Source: an uncultured Nitrososphaerales archaeon
GTDB taxonomy: Archaea; Thermoproteota; Nitrososphaeria; Nitrososphaerales; Nitrososphaeraceae
Direction: 5' to 3'
DNA: 64,000 bases
Assembly: GCA_963709405.1 (NCBI GenBank)
Contig: CAVPXM010000063.1
Location: 196,128 to 260,127 of the forward strand
In this document: in pieces, positions 52,419-62,640 of the stretch
Layout: every line of letters starts with the position of its first letter
How positions within the stretch are numbered: position 1 is the stretch's first letter
Notes under the pieces: model-generated
What the model saw: the letters and a program-made list of their open reading frames with translations, nothing else
Databases searched by the model: none
What the model was told of the DNA's origin: nothing
Translations under genes and position numbers: made by a program

Positions 52419-52913
52419 TTGAGTGATCGCCGAGGCTCCATTAAGTGGGATCATAATTTCATGGGTATAGGGTATCGTTATCAGGATGTTTATATGAACA
52501 TATTCCCACTATTCGAAAACAAGAAAGATGCCTTCAAACTATGGAAAAAGACTGTTAGCTGGTGGCCTGATGATAAGATCATGTTAACATTTGTGGAATC
52601 TGAGAGCAATTATTGGTTTATTCTGTATTGTAAGTCATCCGCGCTAGAACTGAATATAGGCTTCGTAAAAAATATACCCATGTCACACAACTTTCAAAAA
52701 TTCAAACAAGGTGTTGAAAAAATCGCAATACTTCGCTTTGGAATTTACAAAATAAAGCCTAAATCTACGACCGGGGGAGATGATCCGGATTACGATCTCG
52801 AGTTGTTGAAAAAATCTAAAATGATTTATAATATCGCCTTTCAACGATACAAGGATCTGATGCCAGATAGCACCGAATTTGAGTGCATCAAGAGTAACGA
52901 GTTATATGTATAA
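52419..52913 (+). CDS. Hypothetical protein
   Basis: 164-aa ORF overlapping the next start codon. Confidence 0.65.
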   Translation: MSDRRGSIKWDHNFMGIGYRYQDVYMNIFPLFENKKDAFKLWKKTVSWWPDDKIMLTFVESESNYWFILYCKSSALELNIGFVKNIPMSHNFQKFKQGVEKIAILRFGIYKIKPKSTTGGDDPDYDLELLKKSKMIYNIAFQRYKDLMPDSTEFECIKSNELYV

Positions 52914-53502
52914 GCGATTTCGATGCCTTGACGCATGTTCGGATTGCTGTATCTATCGACAGTATTTTCCTTCAGTAAAATACGGTAAAACAGGGGTCCT
53001 ATTACTACCTGAAGAAAAATCGAAGATCGAGGATTATGCTGAAAAGTTGAATCTTGACGTTAAAATCCTACCTCGGATTGGGACAGGCTCGTCCAAAGAA
53101 GGTGACGGTCCAGAGAAAATTCTCATGTATCAAATCATGGGGAGAAACCATGATGGAGATCTTTGTCCATTTCTGGACGTTGACGGAAGAAGCCGGGCCC
53201 CCCACGGAGGCTATTCTTGTAGGATCTATGAAGACCGACCGCTGGCCTGTCGTGCCTACCCAGTCAACGAAAGTTCAGATCATAATGCTCCAGTTCTGGA
53301 CTCTAAATGTCAATTCTGCACAAGGAGTTCTACTCAAGCCGAAAAGGGAAGTTTGGTAAATGAGATAGATGCTTTAAAAAAAATTAGGAGGAAAGTGAGG
53401 GTTGGTTATAACACACCCATATGGAGATATGCGACTAGAATCGGAGATAGTAAAGATAGGACAAAATTCCTCCCACAAGGCTGGGTTTTTCAAAAAACGT
53501 AG
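52906..53502 (+). CDS. YkgJ family CxxCxxCC cysteine-cluster protein
   Basis: FRCLDACSDCC, CPFL, CRIYEDRPLACRAYP. Confidence 0.88.
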   Translation: MYKRFRCLDACSDCCIYRQYFPSVKYGKTGVLLLPEEKSKIEDYAEKLNLDVKILPRIGTGSSKEGDGPEKILMYQIMGRNHDGDLCPFLDVDGRSRAPHGGYSCRIYEDRPLACRAYPVNESSDHNAPVLDSKCQFCTRSSTQAEKGSLVNEIDALKKIRRKVRVGYNTPIWRYATRIGDSKDRTKFLPQGWVFQKT

Positions 53503-53634
53503 CAAAGCCGGCCTTTGCTATGATCAGGTTATTGTTCCAGCATACCGCATTAGAGTTCATCCTGTCCTGATAAAATGTACTCAGGACGACTTTCTTATAG
53601 AACAAGAAATCGAGCACACTTTTAGAGCCGAATA

Positions 53635-54450
53635 ATGAAACAGTTAAATTTCAGACAATCCCGTTTTTTAGTAATGCATAAGAATGAACTGGCAAAATCA
53701 TATCTAATAGCGACGATCGCAGTCTCCGGAATTCTGCTTCTGTCGGTAACAATGACTGGCATACAGTCATCACATCAGGTATTTGCACAAAATCAGACAG
53801 GTACGACAAACAGTGAACAATTTAACAACGCAGCAGCATCAAACAACACATCTAGCTCACCTTCAGCTGCAGTGACGCCAAACGAGTTGCCTTCTGCACA
53901 ACCAAGTACAGGTGCGGCAACCTCTGCATCAGGTCAAAATGTGCCTCCATTAAATAAGAACATAGTGTTACAAGGATTTTTATCCTCAGCAGCAAGCAAG
54001 GATCCTGTGCGTGTAAAAGACCACGTGGCTAGCATTTTGGGTCCAAGAAATGATGGTGGCGTATATTCGGGAATTCTTACATATCAAGCAAGTAAGCCTG
54101 TCAAGGTAATTGTATGGAATGTAGTAAACCCAGATAACAAAACAGCAATACCGAAGCAGTTTGGCAGCCAAAGTGACATGGTGAAGTTAGGCAAAATGAA
54201 TGTGATGCTTACACCCCTAGGTTCGTCAGCGAAATCTGGATCCGTCCCTTTCACAGGTAATGCAATCGAACTTGTAAATTCAGGTGGAGGAAAAAATAAA
54301 GATTTCACAGCCACATACTCTGTCAATGTTGTAGGCTCGCTGGGTAAGATAGTCAACAATTTGCAGAGCATTGCGGCGGCAGTGGCGGCGACTAATACTA
54401 CTGGCACTACTGGCACTACTGGCTCTAATACCACATCCGGTAGCAAATAA
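53635..54450 (+). CDS. Secreted hypothetical protein with S/T/A-rich linkers
   Basis: Signal peptide ending VFAQ; YSGILTYQASKPV domain; Thr-Thr-Gly tail. Confidence 0.75.
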   Translation: MKQLNFRQSRFLVMHKNELAKSYLIATIAVSGILLLSVTMTGIQSSHQVFAQNQTGTTNSEQFNNAAASNNTSSSPSAAVTPNELPSAQPSTGAATSASGQNVPPLNKNIVLQGFLSSAASKDPVRVKDHVASILGPRNDGGVYSGILTYQASKPVKVIVWNVVNPDNKTAIPKQFGSQSDMVKLGKMNVMLTPLGSSAKSGSVPFTGNAIELVNSGGGKNKDFTATYSVNVVGSLGKIVNNLQSIAAAVAATNTTGTTGTTGSNTTSGSK

Positions 54451-54571
54451 CAAAAGTAAAAAGAACCCAATCGTCTAGACTCTCAAGGTCTGGATGACAG
54501 AACGGTTTAAACACCAACTTCATTTTTTTATTTAATGTTTCTAATAAATTAGGACAGCACCTGCAATTTAC

Positions 54572-54826
54572 TCATTTGGTCAATTTTGATAGGAACTGAA
54601 ACGAATTAGTGTGATTGCATCTTTGATACAGGTAATTTCCATTTCTTTTGACAAAATATATCCGGCTAGCTGGAATACTTTGGAAATTTTCTGATATCTT
54701 TATGAACTCCGAAAGCGAAATTTCTAATATTGACTGATAATTCCTGTAGCCTATGCTGTAGAGCTCAATATCGTCAGAATACAGTGCTTTGCTAAGAATC
54801 TCAGCCAGCTGACCCTTTCTTGTCAT
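54572..54826 (-). CDS. DUF504 (MJ1316-like) protein
   Basis: RKGQLAEILSKALY...YSIGYR...IPASRI. Confidence 0.7.
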   Translation of the reverse strand: MTRKGQLAEILSKALYSDDIELYSIGYRNYQSILEISLSEFIKISENFQSIPASRIYFVKRNGNYLYQRCNHTNSFQFLSKLTK

Positions 54827-55316
54827 CTGAATAGTATAAAAGACCCCCGGCTTCAATTATCTTGATTATCATATCTGATAGGGGTTTGATATCATATGAT
54901 TCACCATTTTTATCTAGATTAGTTATCCTATTATTTTGAAAATCAATGTCTATCCTGTCATTATCATCTATTTTCTCCAGCGTGGATCTTTCTATTTCAA
55001 TGGGCAAGAGATAACCCCCATCCACCGCATTTCTATAAAATATCCTTGCAAACGAAGGTGCCAAGACAGCGCGTATACCCAAAGTAGAAAGTGCAATCGG
55101 AGCGTGTTCCCTGCTCGAACCACACCCAAAATTACCTCCACATAACAAAACGTCGCCTGGAGATACTTTTTCAGGAAAACCAGGATCTATTCCTTCCATG
55201 GCATGACTTGCTAACTCTTTATGATCGTGTATTTTAAGATACGGACCTGGTATAATAACATCTGTGTCAATATTATCCTTGTTGTATTTGTGTACTCTTC
55301 CTCTCTTTATATTCAA
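54801..55316 (-). CDS. leuD: 3-isopropylmalate dehydratase/homoaconitase small subunit
   Basis: NIDTDVIIP, NFGCGSSREHA, SFARIFYRN. Confidence 0.9.
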   Translation of the reverse strand: MNIKRGRVHKYNKDNIDTDVIIPGPYLKIHDHKELASHAMEGIDPGFPEKVSPGDVLLCGGNFGCGSSREHAPIALSTLGIRAVLAPSFARIFYRNAVDGGYLLPIEIERSTLEKIDDNDRIDIDFQNNRITNLDKNGESYDIKPLSDMIIKIIEAGGLLYYSDDKKGSAG

Positions 55317-56593
55317 TTCGTCAAGTCCCGAGGATCAGTTATTCTACCTTTCAGAGCCGACGCCGCAACGACCAGAGGCGAGGCCAGATACGTCTTTGAT
55401 TCGACATGACCCATTCGCCCCGGAAAATTTCTATTAGTTGTACTTATACACACCTCATCCTTTGCCAAAACGCCCATATGTGCCCCGCAGCACGCACCAC
55501 AAGTAGGTGGTCCAACCACAGCACCTGCTTGAATAAACTTCTCTATGAGACCCTCTTTCAAAGCTTTCAAATATATTGATTGAGCAGCCGGCAAAACCTC
55601 TGTCCTTACTTTCACTTTTTTACCATTCAGAAGCCTTGCGGACATTCTTAGATCCTCTAGCTTCGCACCTGTACATGATCCTATGTACGCTTTGTCTATT
55701 TCGATACTTTCCAACTCTCCAGCTGTACTTGTATTGGCTGGAGAAAAAGGCTTGGCAACAGTTGGCTCTAATTTATCTATATCATAATCATACACATCTA
55801 GGTATTGCGCATCTTCATCTCCGTGTATAGGAGCATAGTTTGAACTTGTACGCTCTTTCAAGTAATCATATGTAACAGAGTCTGGTTCTATTATCCCGCT
55901 CTTTGCACCTGCTTCAGTTGACATATTAGTTAATGTAAGACGCTCTTCCATACTCATTTCTTTTACGGTATCGCCAGTAAACTGCATCGATTTGTAGTTC
56001 GCTCCTTCTATTCCAATGTCAGCAATTATGTGTAATATTATATCTTTTGCCATAATATAATCCGGCTTCTTCCCATTCAATTTGAAAAGCATTGTATGAG
56101 GAATTTTGAACCAGATTTTTCCTTTCATTAACACATATGCAATATCAGTATGTCCCAAACCGGTAGCGAACGCACCTATCGCACCAGTGGTATTTGTATG
56201 AGAATCGCCACCTACATATAGTTCACCTGGAAGAACTAGACCTTCCTCATGTGACAACGTGTGACAAATGCCATACTGTCCCATGCCATATTTGAAGTGA
56301 CGTCGTATCCCATATTGTCTTGTCCATCTAGACAAGAGAGCAATATTTTCAGCAGATATTCTATCGGAGGCTGGTACGAAGTGATCCTCGCTTACCCAAA
56401 GCTTATCAGGATCCCACACGCCGTCAAATTTGTTTCCCTTCTTCTCCCATTCTGATAAGACCTTTATCACTCCCGGCCCTGAAACGTCATGTATCATTAC
56501 GCTATCTACCTTGCCAAAGACTACGTCACCTGGGGATACAATACTTTTGCCAGAAGCTCTAGCAAGAATCTTTTCGGTAATCGTCATTCCCAA
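55313..56593 (-). CDS. leuC: 3-isopropylmalate dehydratase/homoaconitase large subunit
   Basis: GICH, GDSHT, IGSCT, PTCGACCG, STTNRNFPGRMG. Confidence 0.92.
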   Translation of the reverse strand: MGMTITEKILARASGKSIVSPGDVVFGKVDSVMIHDVSGPGVIKVLSEWEKKGNKFDGVWDPDKLWVSEDHFVPASDRISAENIALLSRWTRQYGIRRHFKYGMGQYGICHTLSHEEGLVLPGELYVGGDSHTNTTGAIGAFATGLGHTDIAYVLMKGKIWFKIPHTMLFKLNGKKPDYIMAKDIILHIIADIGIEGANYKSMQFTGDTVKEMSMEERLTLTNMSTEAGAKSGIIEPDSVTYDYLKERTSSNYAPIHGDEDAQYLDVYDYDIDKLEPTVAKPFSPANTSTAGELESIEIDKAYIGSCTGAKLEDLRMSARLLNGKKVKVRTEVLPAAQSIYLKALKEGLIEKFIQAGAVVGPPTCGACCGAHMGVLAKDEVCISTTNRNFPGRMGHVESKTYLASPLVVAASALKGRITDPRDLTN

Positions 56594-56642
56594 TAAAAAT
56601 CACTAGATGCGTTGCTGTACCACGATCGTGAATTAAAATGTT

Positions 56643-57453
56643 ATGAACAGGAGTGAACAAAGAAGATCCAGAATAAGAATAATATGCAAGTATGCATTTG
56701 TTGATAGGCCGTTGGAAGCAATACCTCTGAAATTACCTCGGCAATTCAAGAAATTCGATATTTATGCGAGCTTAGTTAGTTCTGGGTTTGTTTTCCAAGA
56801 GAACGACGTTTTAATAATCTCAAGTAAATATGTCTCCATTAGCGAAGGTTCCATTATCTCTTTAGACACGGTCAGAGTGAGCAGTAAAGCAGCTGCACTG
56901 GCTAAAAAATTTCATATTCAGGAACAACTTGCTGAGATAGTACTATAGAGAATCAGACTATGTCTTGAGAGGGATGCCTGGATACTTGCTAACCTTCAAG
57001 AATGGAGTCCTAGCTCCAAATGCCGGGATAGATAAGTCTAACGTGCCACCTGGATTCGCAGTTCTCTATCCAAGTAATCCCTTTCGATTTGCGAAGAATT
57101 TGAGATTAAAATTCCTAATCAATCTTGGAACTAACCTGGCGATCATAGTCTCAGATAGCCGTTTAATGCCGACGAGGATAGGCACTACCGGAATAGCGAT
57201 CGGAGCATCAGGTTTTGAGCCAGTCGAAGACCAAAGAGGAAAAAAGGACCTCTTTGGAAATGTTCTAAGAGTCACAATAAAAGCTATAGCAGACGACCTG
57301 GCCACTATCGGTGTAATGATTATGGGAGAAAGTAATGAATCTATACCAGCTGTAATCATAAGAGGAGCCAATGTGAGGCGATCAGGGAGAGATATAAATT
57401 GGCATGACATGGCCATCGAGCCTGAACATGACATATACATGAGACGTGACTAA
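56643..57453 (+). CDS. cofE: Coenzyme F420:L-glutamate ligase, with a +1 frameshift at about 56946
   Basis: IISSKYVSISEG in ORF 1; NAGIDKSN, DLFG and MGESNE in ORF 2; removing one base restores EIVLRESDYVL. Confidence 0.85.
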
Positions 57454-57455
57454 TT

Positions 57456-58091
57456 TTGCCTAGTAACCTAGATCCGGTAAGACTGTGCCACAGAGTTTTA
57501 ATATCCCCTTGTGCTCAACATAGTTGTCAAGTATTGTCCGAGTTTTTAACAAGATATCCAAGACGTATAAGCTTCGTTAAGGGTTTGGTTGACTTGATTC
57601 GTCATGAGGAGATTGAGTTAGATCATTTGAGCTTAATGGTGAAGTCAAGAAAGGATGAAATTATTAAGACACTGTTAGCCGAAGGATTTAGGCGTGTCAA
57701 GTTTGAAAACAAGAAATCAACTCAGATTGGTAGCGGTTTTGCTAAGAGACTGATGAGGCCATGGGAGATGCATGTCAGATTGCTAGATATGCAGCAACAT
57801 GGGCTGATTGCGATTCAAGCCGAGGTAGAAATATCCAGACGATACATACAGCATATTCGATCGGTCAGGGTCCCCGTTATATATGAAATAGAATCCATAC
57901 TTAACAAGCACAAGATAGAATATCGTATTTGGAATGAGAAGGTTAGAGATTACATTTCAAATATCATAGATAACCATCAAATCAAGCTACGTGCACCGAC
58001 TTTACCTGCAATACCGTGGAAATTAATGGCATGTGTTGTTGCAGCGATAGCTTCAGTGGATGCACTAAAATTTACTTACATTTTACACTAA
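57456..58091 (+). CDS. Hypothetical protein with a C-terminal TM helix
   Basis: PWEMHVRL...IQAEVEISRRYIQH; the start is probably downstream of the ORF start. Confidence 0.65.
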   Translation: MPSNLDPVRLCHRVLISPCAQHSCQVLSEFLTRYPRRISFVKGLVDLIRHEEIELDHLSLMVKSRKDEIIKTLLAEGFRRVKFENKKSTQIGSGFAKRLMRPWEMHVRLLDMQQHGLIAIQAEVEISRRYIQHIRSVRVPVIYEIESILNKHKIEYRIWNEKVRDYISNIIDNHQIKLRAPTLPAIPWKLMACVVAAIASVDALKFTYILH

Positions 58092-58259
58092 TTCCTTATA
58101 ACATAACATAAGATCGTAAGTTCAAAGAATATTTAAGACCCAGAATCCTGTGTTTCGAACTTTTCGTTCAATTGCTGGAGATTACATTCAATCACTGACA
58201 CTATCTATGCTTCGTGCAAGAAAAAGTAATATTTGATGTTATAACAATTAGCTGTCACT

Positions 58260-59381
58260 ATGGGCATACCAGAGAAGATCAAAGCTATCCAGGATGAAAT
58301 TCATAAAACCCAAATCAACAAGGCGACTGAATTCCACATAGGTCTTTTAAAAGCTAAAATTGCACGGCTCAAACGCGAAATGGAAGAAAATACTCATGGT
58401 AAAATCATATCCGCGGGAGGTGCTGCGAGTGGTTTCGACGTTAGACGCACCGGAAACGGTACTGTCGTGCTGATAGGGCTACCAAGTGTTGGAAAATCTA
58501 CGCTGCTTAATAGGCTAACGAATGCAAAGTCGAGAGTTGCTGAATATCAATTCACAACGCTTACGGTTATCCCAGGAATGATGTATTACGATGGGGCTAG
58601 CATACAGATTCTTGATATGCCAGGAATCATTGGAGGTGCTGCATCTGGTAAGGGACTAGGCAAAAGGGTGCTGTCGGTCGCGAGAAGCGCTGATTTAATT
58701 TTGATCATCTTAGATGTGTTTCAAACTCATCATTTATCCATACTAAAAAAGGAATTATCAGACATCGGGATCAAAGTCGACGAGAAGCCACCAAACGTAA
58801 CGCTTGAGAAGACCTCCACCGGAGGTATAACAATTAACGTTCAGGCCAAGATAGATATTTCAGAAAAACTGATTAAGGAAATTTTGCGAATATATGGCGT
58901 GCATAATTGTCGTCTCATTATAAAACAGCCGGGTTTAACTGACGAACAGCTAATTGATATTTTGAACGGTAATCGAGTATACGTTCCATCCATTCTGGTA
59001 TTAAATAAGATTGATCTGGTAAATCAAGGTTTCATAAGAGAAATCCAGTCAAATATAGGGTCTGATTTCATACCAGTGTCTGCTGATGCTAATATCAACG
59101 TTGAATCGCTAAAAGAGGCCATCTATCAGAAATTGGAATTCATTAAAATATTTATGCGGCCAAAGGGAGGAGAAACTGACTTCAACGAACCTCTGATCGT
59201 TCGTGATGGCTCCACCATTGAAGATGTCTGCAACAAGATACACCGCAATATGGCTCGAGAATTTCGATTCGCAAACGTGTGGGGAAGGAGTGTTAAATAT
59301 GCCGGCCAAAAAGTTGGACTAGATCATAGGCTTCATAATGCAGATGTATTGACAATAACAAAGAAAATTTCCATACTTTGA
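58260..59381 (+). CDS. DRG-family (OBG) GTPase with TGS domain
   Basis: NKATEFHIG, GLPSVGKST, FTT, DMPG, NKID, C-terminal TGS. Confidence 0.95.
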   Translation: MGIPEKIKAIQDEIHKTQINKATEFHIGLLKAKIARLKREMEENTHGKIISAGGAASGFDVRRTGNGTVVLIGLPSVGKSTLLNRLTNAKSRVAEYQFTTLTVIPGMMYYDGASIQILDMPGIIGGAASGKGLGKRVLSVARSADLILIILDVFQTHHLSILKKELSDIGIKVDEKPPNVTLEKTSTGGITINVQAKIDISEKLIKEILRIYGVHNCRLIIKQPGLTDEQLIDILNGNRVYVPSILVLNKIDLVNQGFIREIQSNIGSDFIPVSADANINVESLKEAIYQKLEFIKIFMRPKGGETDFNEPLIVRDGSTIEDVCNKIHRNMAREFRFANVWGRSVKYAGQKVGLDHRLHNADVLTITKKISIL

Positions 59382-59773
59382 GAAACCTCCTTCAGATCCT
59401 AGATGGTCATAATTGCCAGTGATTTAATGTCCTGAGAGGGTGTATGGGATATATGGCTCCCTGAATCGGCTGCACATCAACAAATAAAACGGAATAACGC
59501 TACCTTCGTCACAAGGCATTTTCATATGTTCGAATGAGAAAAAGTTTTTCCCGATGCATGAAACGATGAAATCCAACCGGACATCAACAAGCATTTGTAC
59601 TAGACAATTTCGTCTGGATAGTCTATATGTAGAATACTAGGCTTAACGGAAATACCGGATGGCACTATCAGATTCCTCTAGTTCTTTTATATTATCTGTA
59701 GAAGATGTGAAAATTCTTGATTAATTGATATAGACAGTACCTTAAAAAGAGGTAACAATTAACTTCCAAGAAT

Positions 59774-62026
59774 ATGCTTGAAGGAAGTAAACCTTTATTT
59801 CATAAAGGCACCTTTGATTTTAGAGTAAAACATCTTATAGTAATTGGGGTATTGGCTTTAGCGTTCGTTACGGCTTTTATAATGCGCTCATATCCAGTAA
59901 AATATGGGTTTTATCTTAATGAATTCGACCCGTATTTCGATTACCGTGCTACAAAATACATTGTAGATCATGGCCTTAACGCATACTGGAAATGGCAGGA
60001 CATGATGTCATGGTACCCAGAAGGCAGAGATGTTCCAAAAACATCTCAATCCGGACTTCATATTGTATCTGCGTACTTGTATGAAATATTCGGAGCCGGA
60101 AGTTCCTTGCTTGACTTTACTATACTACTGCCCGTGATTCTTGGATCATTAACAACAATTGTAGTTTTTGCTCTGGTGAGAACACTAGGAGGTACAACTG
60201 CAGGCATGTTTTCAGCCCTGCTGTTTGCATTTACACCAGCAATTATTCAAAGGGGTAATCTTGGCTGGTTCAAATCTGAGCCGCTTGGTCTATTCTTTGG
60301 CTTGCTTGCAGTTTATCTCCTTATATCTGCTACAAAGCATAATACACTAAAATATGCGATTCCAAAAGCCGCTTTGGGAGGATTGCTCTTAGGACTTGGA
60401 AATGCTTCTTGGGGCGGGGTGCAATATTTTAGTATTCCAATTTCGCTGTTTTTCATTGCTCTACCATTTGTCCAGAGAGACACCAGGATTTCTACGTATG
60501 TCGCGATAGCATTCACAGTGTTTGCCATAGCGAGTGCAGGTGCATTTCCAAGGCCCGGTATTTCGTTCGTATTAGGACTACCAGGAATCGCTCTTATAGG
60601 AGGTACGATTTTCATGATTGGCGCTGAAATTCTTAAAAGGTTCAGCAACCAGGGGAGAGAAATTCGGAATTTGTCATTCTTACTTACTGGATTTGTAATT
60701 ATCGCAATCGGTGTAATCATCGCAGGTGCCTATCATCCAGCGTCTTTTAGGTATCTAAATGCTATAAACCCCTTCCTGTCTTCCCAGAATCCTCTGACGG
60801 CATCAGTTGCTGAACATTTTACACCAACTCTTGTGGATTACTTTACAAATTATTCCATATTGTTGATGTTCGCCGGAATAGGAGTTTGGATGGCATTTAG
60901 AAATAGAACATCAACTTCAATATTTGCTTTGATACTGGGACTAACTGCAGTATATGTTAGCGCCACCTTCGCAAGGCTTCTGGTATTTGCTTCAATCGGG
61001 ATAATAATACTAGCTGGACTAGGACTTTATGAAATTACTCGTAGCTTCATGAGCAAGCGCACTTCGGTATCTTCAAGACAGGCAAAAACTGGAAAGAACG
61101 TAAAGGGCAGGAAATATTCTGAACAAATGCGAGAACAACCTTCCAAGAGTCGAATTATACTTATTGGCTATACCGTACTTATTATTTTTTTGCTAACTCT
61201 TCCCATGATATATCCAGCTAATTCAGGCTGGTTAAGCCTCGCAGACATTCCACCATCAATTGCAAATGGTGGAACCGGCTACAAGTTTCAAACTAGCGAT
61301 TGGATAGACACTCTCAAGTGGCTATCAACTAATACTCCAAGGGGATCAGTTGTTGCATCGTGGTGGGACTACGGATATTGGATTACCACTCTGGCCAATA
61401 GGACGAGCATCGCAGATAACGCGACGATAAATCAAACAAGAATTGCAACAATAGCAAAAATGTTTATAGATAAACCTGACATTGGCGTGAAAGTCGCGCG
61501 GGATCTCAAAGCTGACTACGTTCTGGTATATATTGTTGCACAAAGATTTTCTGCAGGCAACGGTACGTCAATTTACGCCCTGGGAAACGGTGGTGACGAA
61601 AGTAAGAAGCAGTGGTTTATTAGGATTGGTGGGTTTAACGAAAGTACTTACCTTGAACAAGACGGAGTTACCCCCACCTCCACATTCTGGAATTCCACAT
61701 TACTAGGAAAGATGATCCCATTTACTCCACAATTCTATGCCTCATCACAAAATGGACGCCAAGTACTGCAACCCACATATACTCCTGGAAGCTTTGCTTT
61801 ATATACAGAAAATATAAAATATCCAGAGAAGGAGGCAAAAGATCAACCGTTTACGCTTGTGTATGCATCACCTAGTTTTAGGTCCACATCACCGGGACTT
61901 GTCTTCGCTGTCCTAGTTTACAAAGTGAATCATGACTATGTCCAACATACAACAGCCAATATTACTCAGAAGGCCGCTCATTTCCCGAACGTGGCAAATT
62001 CCTCTAGACCCCTTAACGCCACTTGA
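59774..62026 (+). CDS. aglB: Oligosaccharyltransferase AglB/STT3
   Basis: EFDPYF, SWYPEGR, SVAEH, WWDYG, DNAT, DESK motifs; many TM helices. Confidence 0.95.
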   Translation: MLEGSKPLFHKGTFDFRVKHLIVIGVLALAFVTAFIMRSYPVKYGFYLNEFDPYFDYRATKYIVDHGLNAYWKWQDMMSWYPEGRDVPKTSQSGLHIVSAYLYEIFGAGSSLLDFTILLPVILGSLTTIVVFALVRTLGGTTAGMFSALLFAFTPAIIQRGNLGWFKSEPLGLFFGLLAVYLLISATKHNTLKYAIPKAALGGLLLGLGNASWGGVQYFSIPISLFFIALPFVQRDTRISTYVAIAFTVFAIASAGAFPRPGISFVLGLPGIALIGGTIFMIGAEILKRFSNQGREIRNLSFLLTGFVIIAIGVIIAGAYHPASFRYLNAINPFLSSQNPLTASVAEHFTPTLVDYFTNYSILLMFAGIGVWMAFRNRTSTSIFALILGLTAVYVSATFARLLVFASIGIIILAGLGLYEITRSFMSKRTSVSSRQAKTGKNVKGRKYSEQMREQPSKSRIILIGYTVLIIFLLTLPMIYPANSGWLSLADIPPSIANGGTGYKFQTSDWIDTLKWLSTNTPRGSVVASWWDYGYWITTLANRTSIADNATINQTRIATIAKMFIDKPDIGVKVARDLKADYVLVYIVAQRFSAGNGTSIYALGNGGDESKKQWFIRIGGFNESTYLEQDGVTPTSTFWNSTLLGKMIPFTPQFYASSQNGRQVLQPTYTPGSFALYTENIKYPEKEAKDQPFTLVYASPSFRSTSPGLVFAVLVYKVNHDYVQHTTANITQKAAHFPNVANSSRPLNAT

Positions 62027-62154
62027 TCCTTTATTTTGCCGCGACCAACACTACCTGTCACCTACTCCTTTTTTCAATTGTTGCGAGAATTTTAGCGGAT
62101 TTAAGTGGTTAACGTATTTGTTCATAATCCCCTGCTTCATATTTTTGTAGATGT

Positions 62155-62386
62155 TTTTTTGTTCTATATTACTCAAATTACAACTGCATAGATTTGATAT
62201 TACTAAGGAGATCATCAGGGGTTTTTCAATCCTATATTACTCAAATTACAACCATCTAGGCGGGGATTCGCGTACACCGCCTAGTCATTGTTTCAATCCT
62301 ATATTACTCAAATTACAACACAACAACATACACACCTACAATCTCAGATGAAGAATGTTTCAATCCTAGATTAGTCAAATTACAAC
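62155..62386 (-). CRISPR. Orphan CRISPR mini-array: 4 repeats and 3 spacers; consensus GTTGTAATTTGAGTAATATAGGATTGAAAC (30 bp)
   Basis: Repeats end at 62184 (degenerate), 62252, 62319 and 62386; unique spacers of about 36-38 nt; the ATTGAAAC 3' end gives minus orientation. Confidence 0.88.
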
Positions 62387-62640
62387 CTCAACTACTTTTC
62401 GGATAGGTTCTTAGAGATCCAAACCAAGTTTACTTACTAAAGTGTCTAATGGTCGTTCGTTGCATAATCTGATGATAGCCCGTGCAAAAATATATTATCG
62501 ATTTTGATTGAAAGCTTTTGTCGCCTTGGAGATTTGACTATATAGATATATGATCATATATCAAAAAATAAGGTGTTTGAAGGCATTTTTTTATAGATAA
62601 AATCTATAACTTCTCTTACTAATTGGGCAATGGTTGGTAC
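62387..62640 (-). promoter_or_regulatory. Putative CRISPR leader containing a perfect 18-bp palindrome
   Basis: AT-rich non-coding DNA on the side opposite the degenerate repeat; GATATATGATCATATATC at 62545-62562. Confidence 0.5.

Noticed and set aside
56946-56948. TAG read-through or pyrrolysine in cofE
   Set aside because: The downstream half is in a different frame, so this is an indel, not an in-frame stop
62151-62351. 66-aa plus-strand ORF
   Set aside because: Translation of the CRISPR array
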